A DNA stretch of 64,000 bases from an uncultured Alphaproteobacteria bacterium (GCA_963729335.1 CAVSNN010000002.1:326475-390474); one strand, 5' to 3'. Shown: positions 9,242-17,923, numbered from the stretch's first letter. Translations and numbers: made by a program. Notes: a model not told the origin generated them from the letters alone.

Positions 9242-9861
9242 ATGCCGAGCTGCCGCAAAGTCTGCCCCAAAGTCTGCCCCATGTGGTCATTCACACCGAC
9301 GGGGGTTGCTCGCCCAATCCCGGTCCGGGCGGCTGGAGCGCGATTCTGTCCTTCGGCGATCATGAGAAGGAGCTCAAAGGCGGCGAATCGAGCTCCACCA
9401 ACAACCGCATGGAGCTGATGGCGGCGATCTCGGCGCTCGAAGCGCTCAAGCGGCCGTGCCGCGTCGATCTGCACACCGACAGCCAATATCTGCGCAACGG
9501 TATCATGTCATGGATCAAGACCTGGAAGAAGAACGGCTGGCGCACCGCGGACAAAAAGCCGGTCAAGAACGTCGATTTGTGGCGGCGTCTCGAAACCGCA
9601 CTCGGTCCGCATCAAATTCGCTGGCACTGGCTGCGCGGCCATGCCGGTCACGATCTGAACGAACGCGCCGACGCGCTGGTGCGCGAGGCGATTGCGGAGA
9701 TTCGCGCGACGGATTTCGTAGGGGCGGGTTTGAAACCCGCCCCTACGGCGATACCTCACAGCGACTTCAAGAGATTGTCCGCGCTCGAAATCTCGGCCTT
9801 GCCGGGCGCGTCCTCGACATTGAGCGTCTTGACCACGCCGTCGTCGACGACCATGGCATAG
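9238..9861 (+). CDS. rnhA: ribonuclease HI with a REP-derived C-terminal extension
   Basis: GTG at 9238 overlaps the thrB stop (GTGA). [18 protein letters not shown]...[16 protein letters not shown]...LHTDSQYL...[19 protein letters not shown] is the RNase H domain. After ...AEIRATDF the frame reads through a palindromic repeat ([10 protein letters not shown]) and runs 106 nt into the convergent peroxiredoxin gene. Confidence 0.85.
   Translation: MNAELPQSLPQSLPHVVIHTDGGCSPNPGPGGWSAILSFGDHEKELKGGESSSTNNRMELMAAISALEALKRPCRVDLHTDSQYLRNGIMSWIKTWKKNGWRTADKKPVKNVDLWRRLETALGPHQIRWHWLRGHAGHDLNERADALVREAIAEIRATDFVGAGLKPAPTAIPHSDFKRLSALEISALPGASSTLSVLTTPSSTTMA
9718..9746. repeat. REP-like palindrome GTAGGGGCGGGTTTGAAACCCGCCCCTAC (family 1)
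   Basis: Perfect 12-bp stem with a short loop. The same element recurs at 22274-22302 and 22355-22383. Confidence 0.85.
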
Positions 9862-10238
9862 CGCTGCGAGCGCACGCCGAGCCCGCGCTCGGTGAGGTCC
9901 GCGGTGAGCCCCATGGCCTTGGCCCAGTTGGCGCTGCCGTCGGCGAGAAACTCGATGGCGTCGCCGCTGGAGGCCTTCTTCCAGGCGTTCATCACGAACA
10001 CGTCGTTGACGCCGGTCACGGCGATGGTATCGACGCCCTTACCCTTGATCGCGGCGGCGTTCTTGAGGAAGCCGGGCAGATGATTGTTGTTGCAGGTCGG
10101 CGTGAAGGCGCCCGGCACCGCGAACAGCACCACCTTCTTGCCCTTGAATAATTCGTCCGCGGTCTTCGGCTTCGGCCCCTCGGCTGTCATCACCATGAAA
10201 GTGCCGCTGGGTACGCGGTCGCCAACCTTAATCGCCAT
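9756..10238 (-). CDS. peroxiredoxin (Prx5/PrxD-type)
   Basis: 160 aa; [24 protein letters not shown] contains the peroxidatic Cys motif. Confidence 0.9.
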   Translation of the reverse strand: MAIKVGDRVPSGTFMVMTAEGPKPKTADELFKGKKVVLFAVPGAFTPTCNNNHLPGFLKNAAAIKGKGVDTIAVTGVNDVFVMNAWKKASSGDAIEFLADGSANWAKAMGLTADLTERGLGVRSQRYAMVVDDGVVKTLNVEDAPGKAEISSADNLLKSL

Positions 10239-10324
10239 GATTGTCTCCTCTCGCGTTCACAATAGAAATTCGCTTCTGGCCGCACCTTGGTGCTGCGGCA
10301 CCATAACCTAACGTGCCGCGCGGA

Positions 10325-11203
10325 TTAGTCGAGATGGGCCGGAACCTGGATGGCATCGTCGCCGGAAACCGCAGTGAAGGTCAGTGTCGCGCCCGCGGCA
10401 TGGGCGCCGTCCGGCAGGCCGTCGAGCGCGAAGGCAAAGTGCCGCGTCGCGACGGTCGCGCCGGCAGCGCCGTCCGGTTCCGGCAGCGGCAACGACCAGT
10501 CCGGCGTCGGCCCTTCGACGAACAGGGTGACGGGCGCACCGGCGGGCGCGGCGACATCGACCACCACGCGGCCGTGGCCGTCGCCCGGCTGCCGATGCAC
10601 GGCCAGGATGGCGAGACCCTTGCCTGGTCCGGTATTTGGACCGAGCGGTACGCGCCGCGGCACGCGCGTTTCCGCTTTCTCGATCGCCGCATTTTCGGCG
10701 CCGTCGCCGTCAAGCGCGAGCTTGAGCTCGGCTTCGACCGGCACGCACAGATTGCCGCAGATGGCGTAGCCGAGTTTAAGCCGCAGCGCCGACGGCTTGC
10801 CGGCGACATCGGGAATGACCCGCAGCGGCAGGATGACATGATCGACATAGCCGATCGAATGGCCGCCGGCGCCGTCGGGAAACTGCTTCGGCGCCGGCCA
10901 CATGACCGCGGCCGATTTGACGTTGCCGGACCCGGAGAAATCGAACGTCGGCGGAACGCCGGAATCGCCGGGATCGCGCCAATAGGTTTTCCAGCCGGGA
11001 TCGAGCCTGATCTCGATGCCGGCGCGCACGAATGTCGCATCGGCAGTCTTGACCGTCGCGCCGGCGATCAGCCGCGTGGCGGTATGGGCCTGCGCGTCCC
11101 AGTCCGACGCGTCCTGCGCCCAGGCGGTCGGACACGCGAGCGGCGCGCCGGCGAGGCAAATCAACAAAACCGCCGCAATTGTTAATCGCGAAGCCGTCGT
11201 CAT
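10325..11203 (-). CDS. DsbD N-terminal-domain-like thiol:disulfide interchange protein (periplasmic)
   Basis: Signal peptide MTTASRLTIAAVLLICLAGAPLACPTAWA, then GWKTYWRDPGDSGVPPTFDF and YAICGNLCVPVE (the Cys pair of the DsbD alpha domain). Start could instead be 11245 or 11281. Confidence 0.7.
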   Translation of the reverse strand: MTTASRLTIAAVLLICLAGAPLACPTAWAQDASDWDAQAHTATRLIAGATVKTADATFVRAGIEIRLDPGWKTYWRDPGDSGVPPTFDFSGSGNVKSAAVMWPAPKQFPDGAGGHSIGYVDHVILPLRVIPDVAGKPSALRLKLGYAICGNLCVPVEAELKLALDGDGAENAAIEKAETRVPRRVPLGPNTGPGKGLAILAVHRQPGDGHGRVVVDVAAPAGAPVTLFVEGPTPDWSLPLPEPDGAAGATVATRHFAFALDGLPDGAHAAGATLTFTAVSGDDAIQVPAHLD

Positions 11204-11400
11204 CGCCGCTGTGTAGGGCGAACTGCGCAACAGCGCCACTGACATGATCGTGACCGAGCCGGCAAACGGACGTGATGCCATCGGGCTGCCGCAATTGCGA
11301 CCGCGGACCCAATGCGGTGGATTTGAAGTTCCTACAAGTCAACGGCAGCCTCGCAGAAGAACGTCAAATCCAAAAACCGCACTAGCATCAAATATTTGCC

Positions 11401-11472
11401 AGTGTCCCTTCGATTCCGAAGTTTGCATAAGAGCGGGCCGCGAACTGTTGCGAATTTCGGAATCGGGACACT
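11401..11472. promoter_or_regulatory. long imperfect inverted repeat in a divergent intergenic region
   Basis: AGTGTCCC-TTC-GATTCCGAA (11401-11420) pairs with TTCGGAATCGGGACACT (11456-11472): 17 bp, a 3-nt bulge and a 35-nt loop. It lies between the dsbD-like and yqgE starts. Confidence 0.35.
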
Positions 11473-11543
11473 AGCGGCAGATCGCGACCTTTTAGCTTGC
11501 CGGTTTGTTTGCAAATGTGGATCGATGGGCTAAGCTTTCCGTC

Positions 11544-12221
11544 ATGAAAGTGCCGCGCGGCCCATTCCCATCGCAGGGCGCGCCCGTCTCGCCCGGGCGT
11601 GCGCCCGCCAGCGCCGCATCACGCTCGGGAAAATCCAGGCGCCGGGGCTATCTCGACGGCCAGATGCTGATCGCCATGCCGGCGATGGGCGACGACCGGT
11701 TCTCGCGTTCGCTGATCTATGTCTGCGCGCATTCCTCCGAAGGCGCCATGGGCATCGTCGTCAACCACCCGGCGCCGAACATCAACTTTTCCGATCTCTT
11801 GGTGAAGCTCAACGTGATTCCGGCCGCCGACGTGATCCAATTGCCGGCGCGCGCCGACGTGGTGAAGGTAATGCGCGGCGGCCCGGTCGAGACCGAGCGC
11901 GGCTTCGTGCTGCACTCGGCCGATTTCTACATCGAGAATTCGACGCTGCCGATCGACGATGGCATTTGCCTCACCGCCACCATCGACATTCTCAAAGCCA
12001 TCGCGCGCGGCGACGGGCCGGCCAGCGCCATCCTGGCGCTCGGCTATGCCGGCTGGGCACCGGGCCAGCTCGAGACCGAAATCCAGGGCAATGGCTGGCT
12101 GCATTGCCCGGCCGATCCGGAACTCATTTTCGGCCCCGACATCGGCGGCAAATACGATCTGGCGTTAAAGAAGATCGGCATCGAACTCGGCATGCTGTCG
12201 AGCGAAGCGGGACACGCTTAA
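11544..12221 (+). CDS. YqgE/AlgH family protein (UPF0301)
   Basis: [42 protein letters not shown]...[26 protein letters not shown] at 11544 preferred over the track start 11505. Confidence 0.85.
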   Translation: MKVPRGPFPSQGAPVSPGRAPASAASRSGKSRRRGYLDGQMLIAMPAMGDDRFSRSLIYVCAHSSEGAMGIVVNHPAPNINFSDLLVKLNVIPAADVIQLPARADVVKVMRGGPVETERGFVLHSADFYIENSTLPIDDGICLTATIDILKAIARGDGPASAILALGYAGWAPGQLETEIQGNGWLHCPADPELIFGPDIGGKYDLALKKIGIELGMLSSEAGHA

Positions 12222-12225
12222 GCGA

Positions 12226-12375
12226 GACGACAGACGACAGACGACAGACGACAGACGACAGACGACAGACGACAGACGACAGACGACAGACGACAGACGA
12301 CAAGACGACAGACGACAGACGACAGACGACAGACGACAGACGACAGACGACAGACGACAGACGACAGACGACAGA
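12226..12375. repeat. heptanucleotide tandem array (GACGACA): 11 units, one extra A (12303), then 10 units
   Basis: Counted unit by unit from 12226. It starts 5 nt after the yqgE stop, between convergent genes. Confidence 0.95.
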
Positions 12376-12391
12376 TAAGGTGAGATTAATC

Positions 12392-12426
12392 CGTCCTCTG
12401 TCGTCCGTCATCCGTCGTCTGTCCTC
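12392..12426. repeat. five degenerate inverted copies of the heptamer (CGTCCTC TGTCGTC CGTCATC CGTCGTC TGTCCTC)
   Basis: TGTCGTC is the reverse complement of GACGACA. With the array it can form a long imperfect hairpin, possibly a bidirectional terminator. Confidence 0.7.
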
Positions 12427-12430
12427 CAGT

Positions 12431-13075
12431 TCACCTCGGCGTCGTGGATTGTGACGTGCACATCTGCGCCGGCGGGAGGTGCTTGTATCCGTTCTTCTCC
12501 ATGAATTCGGCATACTGCTTGTTGGCGGCATTGTCGGCCTCCGGCGTCGCCGCCGACCAGATCGACGTACAGTTGGAGGTGCTGCAACTGCCCCCCAGTG
12601 TCTGCATCGGGCCCTCTTGCAATGGGCAGGTGCAGCTCACCGCACCGTTGCCCGCCTCCACGGCCCGCTCGTCCGCCACGCAAGGCGCGCCATAGCATAA
12701 GGCCCAGGGCGTACCGCGCAGATCGTCGCGATTGCAGGCCAATGTGCCGTTGGTCGCGTTGAACAAGTTGGAATAGGTCGAGATCATATAGACGAAGTGG
12801 CCATGCTCGACCGGGATGCGGTCGGCGCACTGCCCGGGACCCATCGACCAGCCGTTCTCGATCTCGCAGCTGCAAGTGACCCGGTCGTAGCTGTAATTGC
12901 CGAGCCGGTCGATCGTCGGGATCGGCGTGCACGGCGCCTTGATGCAGAGCGCATAGGTCCCTTCGCAGAAAACCGCTTGATTCTTCGCATATTCGGCCGG
13001 CGAGGCGGTCTGGGCGTTGGCGGCCGAGGCGAATACGGCCGCGGCGATCAACCACGCAAAGGCGAAAACTTTCAT
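12431..13075 (-). CDS. secreted cysteine-rich hypothetical protein
   Basis: ATG at 13075 is preceded by a strong SD (GGGGGAGGA). Signal peptide MKVFAFAWLIAAAVFASAANA, about 16 Cys in the mature part (VTCSCEIENGW, VSCTCPLQEG). No family recognised. Confidence 0.6.
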   Translation of the reverse strand: MKVFAFAWLIAAAVFASAANAQTASPAEYAKNQAVFCEGTYALCIKAPCTPIPTIDRLGNYSYDRVTCSCEIENGWSMGPGQCADRIPVEHGHFVYMISTYSNLFNATNGTLACNRDDLRGTPWALCYGAPCVADERAVEAGNGAVSCTCPLQEGPMQTLGGSCSTSNCTSIWSAATPEADNAANKQYAEFMEKNGYKHLPPAQMCTSQSTTPR

Positions 13076-13179
13076 CGGATGTCCTCCCCCGCTGCTGAGT
13101 TGGCGAGGAAAGATTGCAATAATCCATAACTCAACGCAAGATTGTAGTTGTGGCGGTGGGCCGGCGCGCATAGCAGGAG

Positions 13180-13234
13180 GCAGGAATTGGGTGTCGGGAA
13201 TCAGGCGTCAGGGATCGGGTGTCAGGAATCAGGA
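13180..13234. repeat. about four tandem 14-mers (GTCRGGRATCRGGN)
   Basis: GCAGGAATTGGGT GTCGGGAATCAGGC GTCAGGGATCGGGT GTCAGGAATCAGGA. Related inverted copies at 13257-13290 lie inside the 3' end of the GGDEF-EAL gene. Confidence 0.7.
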
Positions 13235-16186
13235 TCCAAAGACTTTCGTCCTTAGACCTGACTCCTGAAGCCTGATCCCCGATTCCGGCTCCAGCAGGGC
13301 GCGCGCCCGTTCGGCGCTCATCGGCTCGCCGAACACAAAACCTTGGGCATATTCGCAGCCGAGTTGAAACAGCTCGACCGCGTCGGAATCGGTTTCGGCG
13401 CCTTCGGCCACCACGTCCATGCCGAGATCGTGGGCGAGCGTGATGATCGAGCGCAGGATGACCGGCCGCGTGCCTTTCGCGGTGGTGCGCACGAACGATT
13501 GGTCGATCTTGATGGTGTCGAACGGAAACCGCTGCAGGTAGGCGAGCGAGGAGTAGCCGGTGCCGAAATCGTCGAGCGCGAGGCCGGCGCCGAGTTCGCG
13601 AATCCGGTGCAGCATCTGCGCCGCATGTTCGGGATTCTCCATCACCACCGATTCGGTGAGTTCGAGCTTGAGCGAGCCGCGGGAAAGCGGCGAGCGCGCC
13701 AGCACGCTGCGCAAATCCTGAATCAGGTCGTGCCGCAGCAGTTGCCGCGACGAGACATTGACGCTGGCGAACACCGGCTCGCGGTGCCGCAAGGTCCGCT
13801 GCCAGGCGGACAGCTGCCGCGCGGTGCGATCGAGCACGAACAGGCCGAGCTCCACGATCAGCCCGGTTTCCTCGGCGACAGTGATGAACTCGGCCGGCGA
13901 CACCCGGCCGAGCTTGGGATGGTTCCAGCGCGCCAGCGCTTCGAAGCCGGCGATGGCGCGATCTTCCAGCCGCACGATCGGCTGATAGAGGATGGTGATC
14001 TCGTCGCGCTCCAGCGCGCGGCGCAGGTCGGATTCGATCGACAGCCGGTCGCTCTTGCGGGCGCGCATGGCGGTCTTGAAAACGTCGATGCGATCGCCGC
14101 CGCCGCGCTTGGCGTGATACATGGCAAGCTCGGCGTCCTTGAGCACCTCCTCGCCGCGTTGCGACTCGCTGGTGCCGAGCGTCAAGCCGATCGACGCGGT
14201 AAGGAATATTTCGCGATCGCGGAAGGTGATCGGAGCGCGCAACGTCTTGCGGATGGTATCGGCCAGCGCGGTAATGCGCGCCAGCTCCCGCTCCGACAAT
14301 ACGATGAGGCCGAACTGGTCGCCCGACATACGCGCCAGCGTGTCCTGCGGCCTGATCAGCCGCCCGAGCCGCCGCGCCAGGGTGAGCAAGATCGAATCGC
14401 CGACCGCCATGCCGACCGAGTCGTTGACCTGCTTGAAGCGGTCGAGATCGACCACCATGACGGTCGGGCGGATCGCCGCGTCGGCCTTGGCGAGCCCCAG
14501 CACCGCATCGAGCCGGTCGAGGAACAATTCGCGATTGGGCAGGCCGGTCAGGTTGTCGTGCACGGCGTCGTGCAACAGCCGCTCCTCGGCGGTCTTGAAT
14601 TCGGTCACGTCGCTGAGCGTGCCGACCAGGCGAACCACCTCGCCGTCGGAGCCGACGACCGGCCGCGCCCGCAGCGCGAACCACAGGTAATGCCCGTCGG
14701 CGGTGCGCATGCGGAAATCCTGCGCCACCCGGCCGCGCCGCTGTTCGAGCACGCTGTCGAGCGTGGCGCGGAAACGGTCGCGGTCGAGCTGATGCAGCAC
14801 GTCGAGCCATTTGGCCGCCGGGCCGTCGAGCGCGCCGTGCTTGAGGCCGAGCGCGGTTTCGGTCTCCGGGCTGGTGAACACCTTGTCCGCGGAGACATCC
14901 CAGTCCCAGATCATGTCGCCGGCGCCGGTCAGGGCCAGCGCCCGGCGCTCGACGTCGGACACGATGCCGCTCGCCATGCCGCCGGCAAAGGCGTGCTGCA
15001 TCACGGTAAATCCGATCAGCATGACGATCAGGACGAGGCCGCCCAGCAATGCGGGTCCGACGATGTCGTTGGTGAGGAAGCCGAGCACGGTGAGCGCGGC
15101 GCCGATCACCCAGACGACGAGCAAAAGCCAGGTCGGGATCAGCATGACCGCGCGGTCGTAGTCGTGGGTGGCGAGGTAGATGACCAGCGCAAAGCCGAGC
15201 ACGGCGACAAAAAACAGCGAGATTCGCGCGATGCCGGAGGCGACCGCGGGCGAAAACAGCGCGACCGCGACCAGCGCGCCGAGAAAAGCGAGCCAGCCGA
15301 CGGTGATGTGGGCGTAGCGCACGTGCCAGCGGTTGAGATTGAGATAGGCGAACAGAAACACCAACAAGGTCGCCGCCAGGATCGCTTCGCCCGAGGCGCG
15401 CCAGATGCGCTCGGCGGCCGACGACATGTCGAACACTTTCGGCCAGAAGCCGAAGTCGATGCCGATATAGATCAGCACCGCCCAGCCCAGCGCTGCCGCG
15501 GCCGGGAACATGACGCTGCCTTTGACCACGAACAGGATGGTCAGGAACAACGCCAGCAAGCCGGCAATGCCGATGACGATGCCCTGATAAAGCGTGAGCG
15601 AATTGAGCTTGTCCTTATAGGCGTCGGGCTCCCACAAATAGAGCTGCGGCAGATCGGGGGTGCGCAGCTCGGCGACGAATGTGATCACGGTGCCGGGGTC
15701 GAGCGTGATGCGGTAGACATCGGCGTCGGCGCTGTCCTGCCGCTCCGGCGGGTCGCCCGAGGACGGGGTGATATAGACGATGCGCGACTGGCCGAGATCC
15801 GGCCAGATCACGCCTGAGCCGACCATCCGGTAATGCGGCGCAACGATGAGCCGGTCGATCTGCTCGTCGCCGTTATTGGCGAGCGCGAACACCGCCCAAT
15901 TCTTTCCGGCTTCGCGGCCGCGCACTTCGATGCGCCGGATAATGCCGTCCGGGCCGGGCGCGGTCGAGACCTGGATGCGGTCGCCGTCGGTATGCTGGAA
16001 TTCGACCGCGTCGGTGAGGTCGATGGCGGCGGCGTCGCTGCGGACGTTGACGGCCTCGACGGCGTGCGCCGCCGGCACCTCGAGGAGCGCCGCGAAACCG
16101 ACCGCCATCGCACCACAAACGAGGGCGCGAAAAGCCGGCGCGCAAGGCGCCTTGGCGCTGAGATCGGCGGCGCGCAAAAATGCCAA
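13229..16186 (-). CDS. membrane sensor protein: 7TM-DISM-type N-terminus, PAS, degenerate GGDEF, EAL
   Basis: Periplasmic domain plus about 7 TM helices, a PAS region, GGDEF-family domain with SGDQF in place of GGDEF (RPQD I-site spacing kept), and EAL motifs EALARW, ELTES, DDFGTGYSSL. TTG at 16186 follows GGAGGGG; the track start 16363 is Arg-rich and unlikely. Confidence 0.85.
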   Translation of the reverse strand: MAFLRAADLSAKAPCAPAFRALVCGAMAVGFAALLEVPAAHAVEAVNVRSDAAAIDLTDAVEFQHTDGDRIQVSTAPGPDGIIRRIEVRGREAGKNWAVFALANNGDEQIDRLIVAPHYRMVGSGVIWPDLGQSRIVYITPSSGDPPERQDSADADVYRITLDPGTVITFVAELRTPDLPQLYLWEPDAYKDKLNSLTLYQGIVIGIAGLLALFLTILFVVKGSVMFPAAAALGWAVLIYIGIDFGFWPKVFDMSSAAERIWRASGEAILAATLLVFLFAYLNLNRWHVRYAHITVGWLAFLGALVAVALFSPAVASGIARISLFFVAVLGFALVIYLATHDYDRAVMLIPTWLLLVVWVIGAALTVLGFLTNDIVGPALLGGLVLIVMLIGFTVMQHAFAGGMASGIVSDVERRALALTGAGDMIWDWDVSADKVFTSPETETALGLKHGALDGPAAKWLDVLHQLDRDRFRATLDSVLEQRRGRVAQDFRMRTADGHYLWFALRARPVVGSDGEVVRLVGTLSDVTEFKTAEERLLHDAVHDNLTGLPNRELFLDRLDAVLGLAKADAAIRPTVMVVDLDRFKQVNDSVGMAVGDSILLTLARRLGRLIRPQDTLARMSGDQFGLIVLSERELARITALADTIRKTLRAPITFRDREIFLTASIGLTLGTSESQRGEEVLKDAELAMYHAKRGGGDRIDVFKTAMRARKSDRLSIESDLRRALERDEITILYQPIVRLEDRAIAGFEALARWNHPKLGRVSPAEFITVAEETGLIVELGLFVLDRTARQLSAWQRTLRHREPVFASVNVSSRQLLRHDLIQDLRSVLARSPLSRGSLKLELTESVVMENPEHAAQMLHRIRELGAGLALDDFGTGYSSLAYLQRFPFDTIKIDQSFVRTTAKGTRPVILRSIITLAHDLGMDVVAEGAETDSDAVELFQLGCEYAQGFVFGEPMSAERARALLEPESGIRLQESGLRTKVFGS

Positions 16187-16493
16187 AAGACCCCTCCGAG
16201 GCCGGCAATCGGCGCCGTTCGCGCCACGTCGATGACAATTCCCCCGAACGATTACCGACCCGGCTTTGCGCCGAATTCGCGACCGCGTGGGCCGCTTGCG
16301 CAGATCCAACCGCGGCCGCTTACGCCGGCGGCCTTTAGTAGCCCGGGCCGCGCCTCGGGGCAAGGATATTTCCCGTTTACTTTCAATGGGTCAGGACAGG
16401 TTTGCCGAAGCGATTGCGAGCCCGGCGCCGCGTGCCGCCGCGGTGTGACAAGCCAAGCCGCGATGGTTAAATTGCCGGGCCGGAGAGAGCCAA

Positions 16494-16688
16494 ATGCCCG
16501 CCGTTGACGACGACGATAAGCCGAAGAAGAAAATCGTGCATGAAATCGGGCAGGACCTGACGCTGTTGTCGGCGGCCGAACTCGCCGACCGTATCGCGCT
16601 CCTCAACGACGAAATTGCCCGGCTCGAAGCCGATATGGCGAAGAAACGCGCGATCAAGTCGGCGGCCGACACTTTCTTTAGGAAGTGA
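16494..16688 (+). CDS. DUF1192 family small protein
   Basis: HEIGQDLTLLSAAELADRIALLNDEIARLEADMAKKRAIKSAADTFF matches the DUF1192 consensus as I remember it. Confidence 0.75.
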   Translation: MPAVDDDDKPKKKIVHEIGQDLTLLSAAELADRIALLNDEIARLEADMAKKRAIKSAADTFFRK

Positions 16689-16808
16689 GCGTTTTCAATA
16701 GTTTAGCGCGGGAGCACGGCGCGGACCTCGTGCTGATTGTGAAAAAGATTTCGCAAGTTTCTGTGATTCCTTAACCTTGCGTTAAGCTTTCTCGTTCATT
16801 ACGGCTAT

Positions 16809-16902
16809 TGTCCATCTTCTGGACATTGAGTGGCTCCTGTCCACTCTGTTTGACGCCTCCCTGTTATCACCTTGAGCCGCCGGCAACGGCGGCTCTTTTT
16901 TT
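16809..16902 (+). ncRNA. candidate trans-acting sRNA (two hairpins, C/U-rich anti-SD motifs, intrinsic terminator)
   Basis: Hairpin 1 is TGTCCA-tcttc-TGGACA (16809-16825). Hairpin 2 is GAGTGG-CTCCTGT-CCACTC (16828-16846). A single-stranded GCCUCCCUG follows (16855-16863), then the terminator. The 5' end is not defined and no promoter could be assigned. Confidence 0.4.
16874..16902 (+). terminator. Rho-independent terminator
   Basis: GAGCCGCCG-GCAA-CGGCGGCTC followed by TTTTTTT, 120 nt upstream of rcdA and 185 nt downstream of the DUF1192 stop. Confidence 0.65.
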
Positions 16903-17022
16903 ATTAATCGTTTCGCCGGCCGCGATGGCCGCCGGCGCCGGCAACTATGTCGGCAAGTTCACGTCCGGCGGTGCTGGACTTGGCAGGCGCCTCGCGCGAT
17001 GCTGGCGGGGTGTGAGGCGTAA

Positions 17023-17541
17023 ATGTCCGACAAGCGTGCGATGGAAGCCGGCGCGGTCTCATTTAGCGAGCGGCTGGCGAATTCCCAGGTCTTTGCGACG
17101 TTATTTCGCGAGGGCATGGCGCTAGTCGAGGAAACCGCAGGCTATCTCGACGGTTCGGGCCGGCTGGAATCCAAAAGGCTCGAACGCAGCGCCGGGCTGG
17201 TTTATGCGACCGAGAGCATGCGGCTGACCACGCGCCTGATGCAGCTTGCCTCGTGGCTGTTGCTGCACCGGGCGGTCAAGGAGGGCGAGATGACGCTCGC
17301 CCAGGCCAATAAGGAAAAAAGCAAGGTCAGGCTCGCCGCCTGCGAGCCGGGCGATGCCAAATCGCTCATGCTATTGCCGGCCAAGCTCCAGGAACTGATC
17401 GCGCGGTCGACCAAGTTGCAGGCCGAAGTGCGCCGGCTCGACGCCACCATGCACGCCGTAACGCCTGCCAAAATCGCCGGCGACAACCCGGTCGAGCGGC
17501 AATGGGGACTGCTCAAGGCCGCCTTCGAATCCGAAGGCTGA
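17023..17541 (+). CDS. rcdA: DUF1465 family protein (RcdA-like protease adaptor)
   Basis: FSERLANSQVFATLFREGMALVEETAGYLDG...YATESMRLTTRLMQLASWLLLHRAVKEGEMT is the DUF1465/RcdA signature. Confidence 0.8.
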   Translation: MSDKRAMEAGAVSFSERLANSQVFATLFREGMALVEETAGYLDGSGRLESKRLERSAGLVYATESMRLTTRLMQLASWLLLHRAVKEGEMTLAQANKEKSKVRLAACEPGDAKSLMLLPAKLQELIARSTKLQAEVRRLDATMHAVTPAKIAGDNPVERQWGLLKAAFESEG

Positions 17542-17555
17542 CGGCCGGTCCCCGG

Positions 17556-17780
17556 CTACTTTTTCAAAAAGCCCGAGAACTTTTTCTGGAACCGCGACAA
17601 TCGGCCGCCGCGATCGATCAGATGCTGCTGGCCGCCGGTCCAGGCCGGGTGCGACTTCGGATCGATGTCCAAATGCAGCGTATCGCCCGACTTGCCCCAG
17701 GTGGTGCGGGTGGTGAATTCGGTGCCGTCGGTCATTATCACCTTGACCAGATGGTAATCGGGATGGGTATCGGGTTTCAT
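17556..17780 (-). CDS. rpmE: 50S ribosomal protein L31
   Basis: [53 protein letters not shown] at 17780. Confidence 0.9.
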   Translation of the reverse strand: MKPDTHPDYHLVKVIMTDGTEFTTRTTWGKSGDTLHLDIDPKSHPAWTGGQQHLIDRGGRLSRFQKKFSGFLKK

Positions 17781-17923
17781 GGCGTTATTCGGCGCCCTGT
17801 TCGGGAAATTTCCCGGCTCTATAACGCGGCACGCCGGGCGAGACAAGCCGCCGCAATTGACCCGCAGTATCGCCGCAGCGCATGAGCATTGCCAACGGGT
17901 TTAACCTGCGGGCGGCTGTCATT

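Noticed and set aside
12226-12375. Heptamer array considered as a CRISPR-like or minisatellite-encoded protein repeat (ORF 11966..12454 translates it as TTDDRRQ repeats).
   Set aside because: The units are 7 nt with no spacers, so this is not CRISPR. The ORF that reads it starts out of frame inside yqgE and has Arg-rich nonsense flanks, so it is not a gene.
13343-15817. Very long ORFs antisense to well-supported genes (13343..15817, 37082..39322, 57687..59867, 5921..7195, 41669..42994, 60884..62203, 13131..14810).
   Set aside because: They are shadow ORFs typical of high-GC DNA: Arg/Ala/Gly/Pro/His-rich low-complexity translations and no recognisable motifs. Each overlaps a gene with strong family signatures on the other strand.
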